Of a DNA stretch of 52,773 bases, positions 52,548 through 52,773 are shown one piece after another (the first letter of the stretch is position 1; each line of letters opens with the position of its first letter). Made by a program: the position numbers and the translations under genes. The stretch is from Anaerolineae bacterium (GTDB lineage Bacteria; Chloroflexota; Anaerolineae; Fen-1058), in assembly GCA_003154115.1 (NCBI GenBank), contig PMCF01000171.1:10903-63675 (forward strand), given 5' to 3'. The notes under the pieces are model-generated. The model did not search any database and was not told where the DNA came from. It worked only from the letters and a program-made list of their open reading frames with translations.

Positions 52548-52773
52548 GCAAATCCTCCTTCACACCAGCCATGAGCAACCCCAATTGTTCGCGCGTCGCC
52601 GCCTGGGCCTCAAGCGTTTCAAGAATGTGACCTTTATACATCACGGCAATGCGATCGGACAGGCTCATAATCTCATCGAGTTCGGCACTGATCAAAAGCA
52701 CGGCACAGCCGTTATCGCGCGCTTCGACAATCCGGCGGTGGATGAATTCGATGCTGCCCACATCCAGCCCGCG
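52540..52773 (-). CDS. Nucleoside/sugar ABC transporter ATP-binding subunit (3' part; gene runs off the window)
   Basis: '[12 protein letters not shown]...[23 protein letters not shown]...LGLLMAG'. Confidence 0.88.
   Translation of the reverse strand, partial: RGLDVGSIEFIHRRIVEARDNGCAVLLISAELDEIMSLSDRIAVMYKGHILETLEAQAATREQLGLLMAGVKEDLHV

Overview
Bacterial genomic window, moderately GC-rich, most consistent with a Chloroflexota (Anaerolineae/Caldilineae-like) genome; this is an inference from exported proteins with [YFW]-[LM]-P-x-[LIV] tails and from gene content. Positions 1-37.2 kb are a single-strand (minus) cell-envelope glycan locus. It holds a Wzx-type flippase, Wzt with a C-terminal carbohydrate-binding domain but no Wzm, about 10 stand-alone GT2/GT4 glycosyltransferases, a 944-aa methyltransferase/coiled-coil/GT2/WsaF-like enzyme, three GT-C-like polytopic membrane proteins, six stand-alone SAM methyltransferases and an AlkP-superfamily enzyme. 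It also holds four exported proteins that share a short 'xLPL' motif: two clan GH-A hydrolase-like proteins, a Vgb-like beta-propeller and an internally duplicated protein. Positions 37.4-52.8 kb are housekeeping/transport: double zinc ribbon protein, folD, an HDAC-family deacetylase, tilS, a DMT transporter, modE, tupABC, a metallophosphoesterase, an S8 protease and a nucleoside-type ABC transporter. Notable non-obvious features: (1) an S8 protease with its prodomain-like module at the C-terminus; (2) four hairpin elements built from 7/8-mer tandem repeats, one in frame inside tilS; (3) a ~0.8-kb islet bounded by a duplicated modE 3' end and carrying a decayed antitoxin; (4) decayed modA/modB relics inside the tup operon; (5) a probable ATC start for tupB; (6) strong local enrichment of CGATCG. 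No rRNA, tRNA, CRISPR array or transposase was recognised. All calls were made by eye, without database searches.
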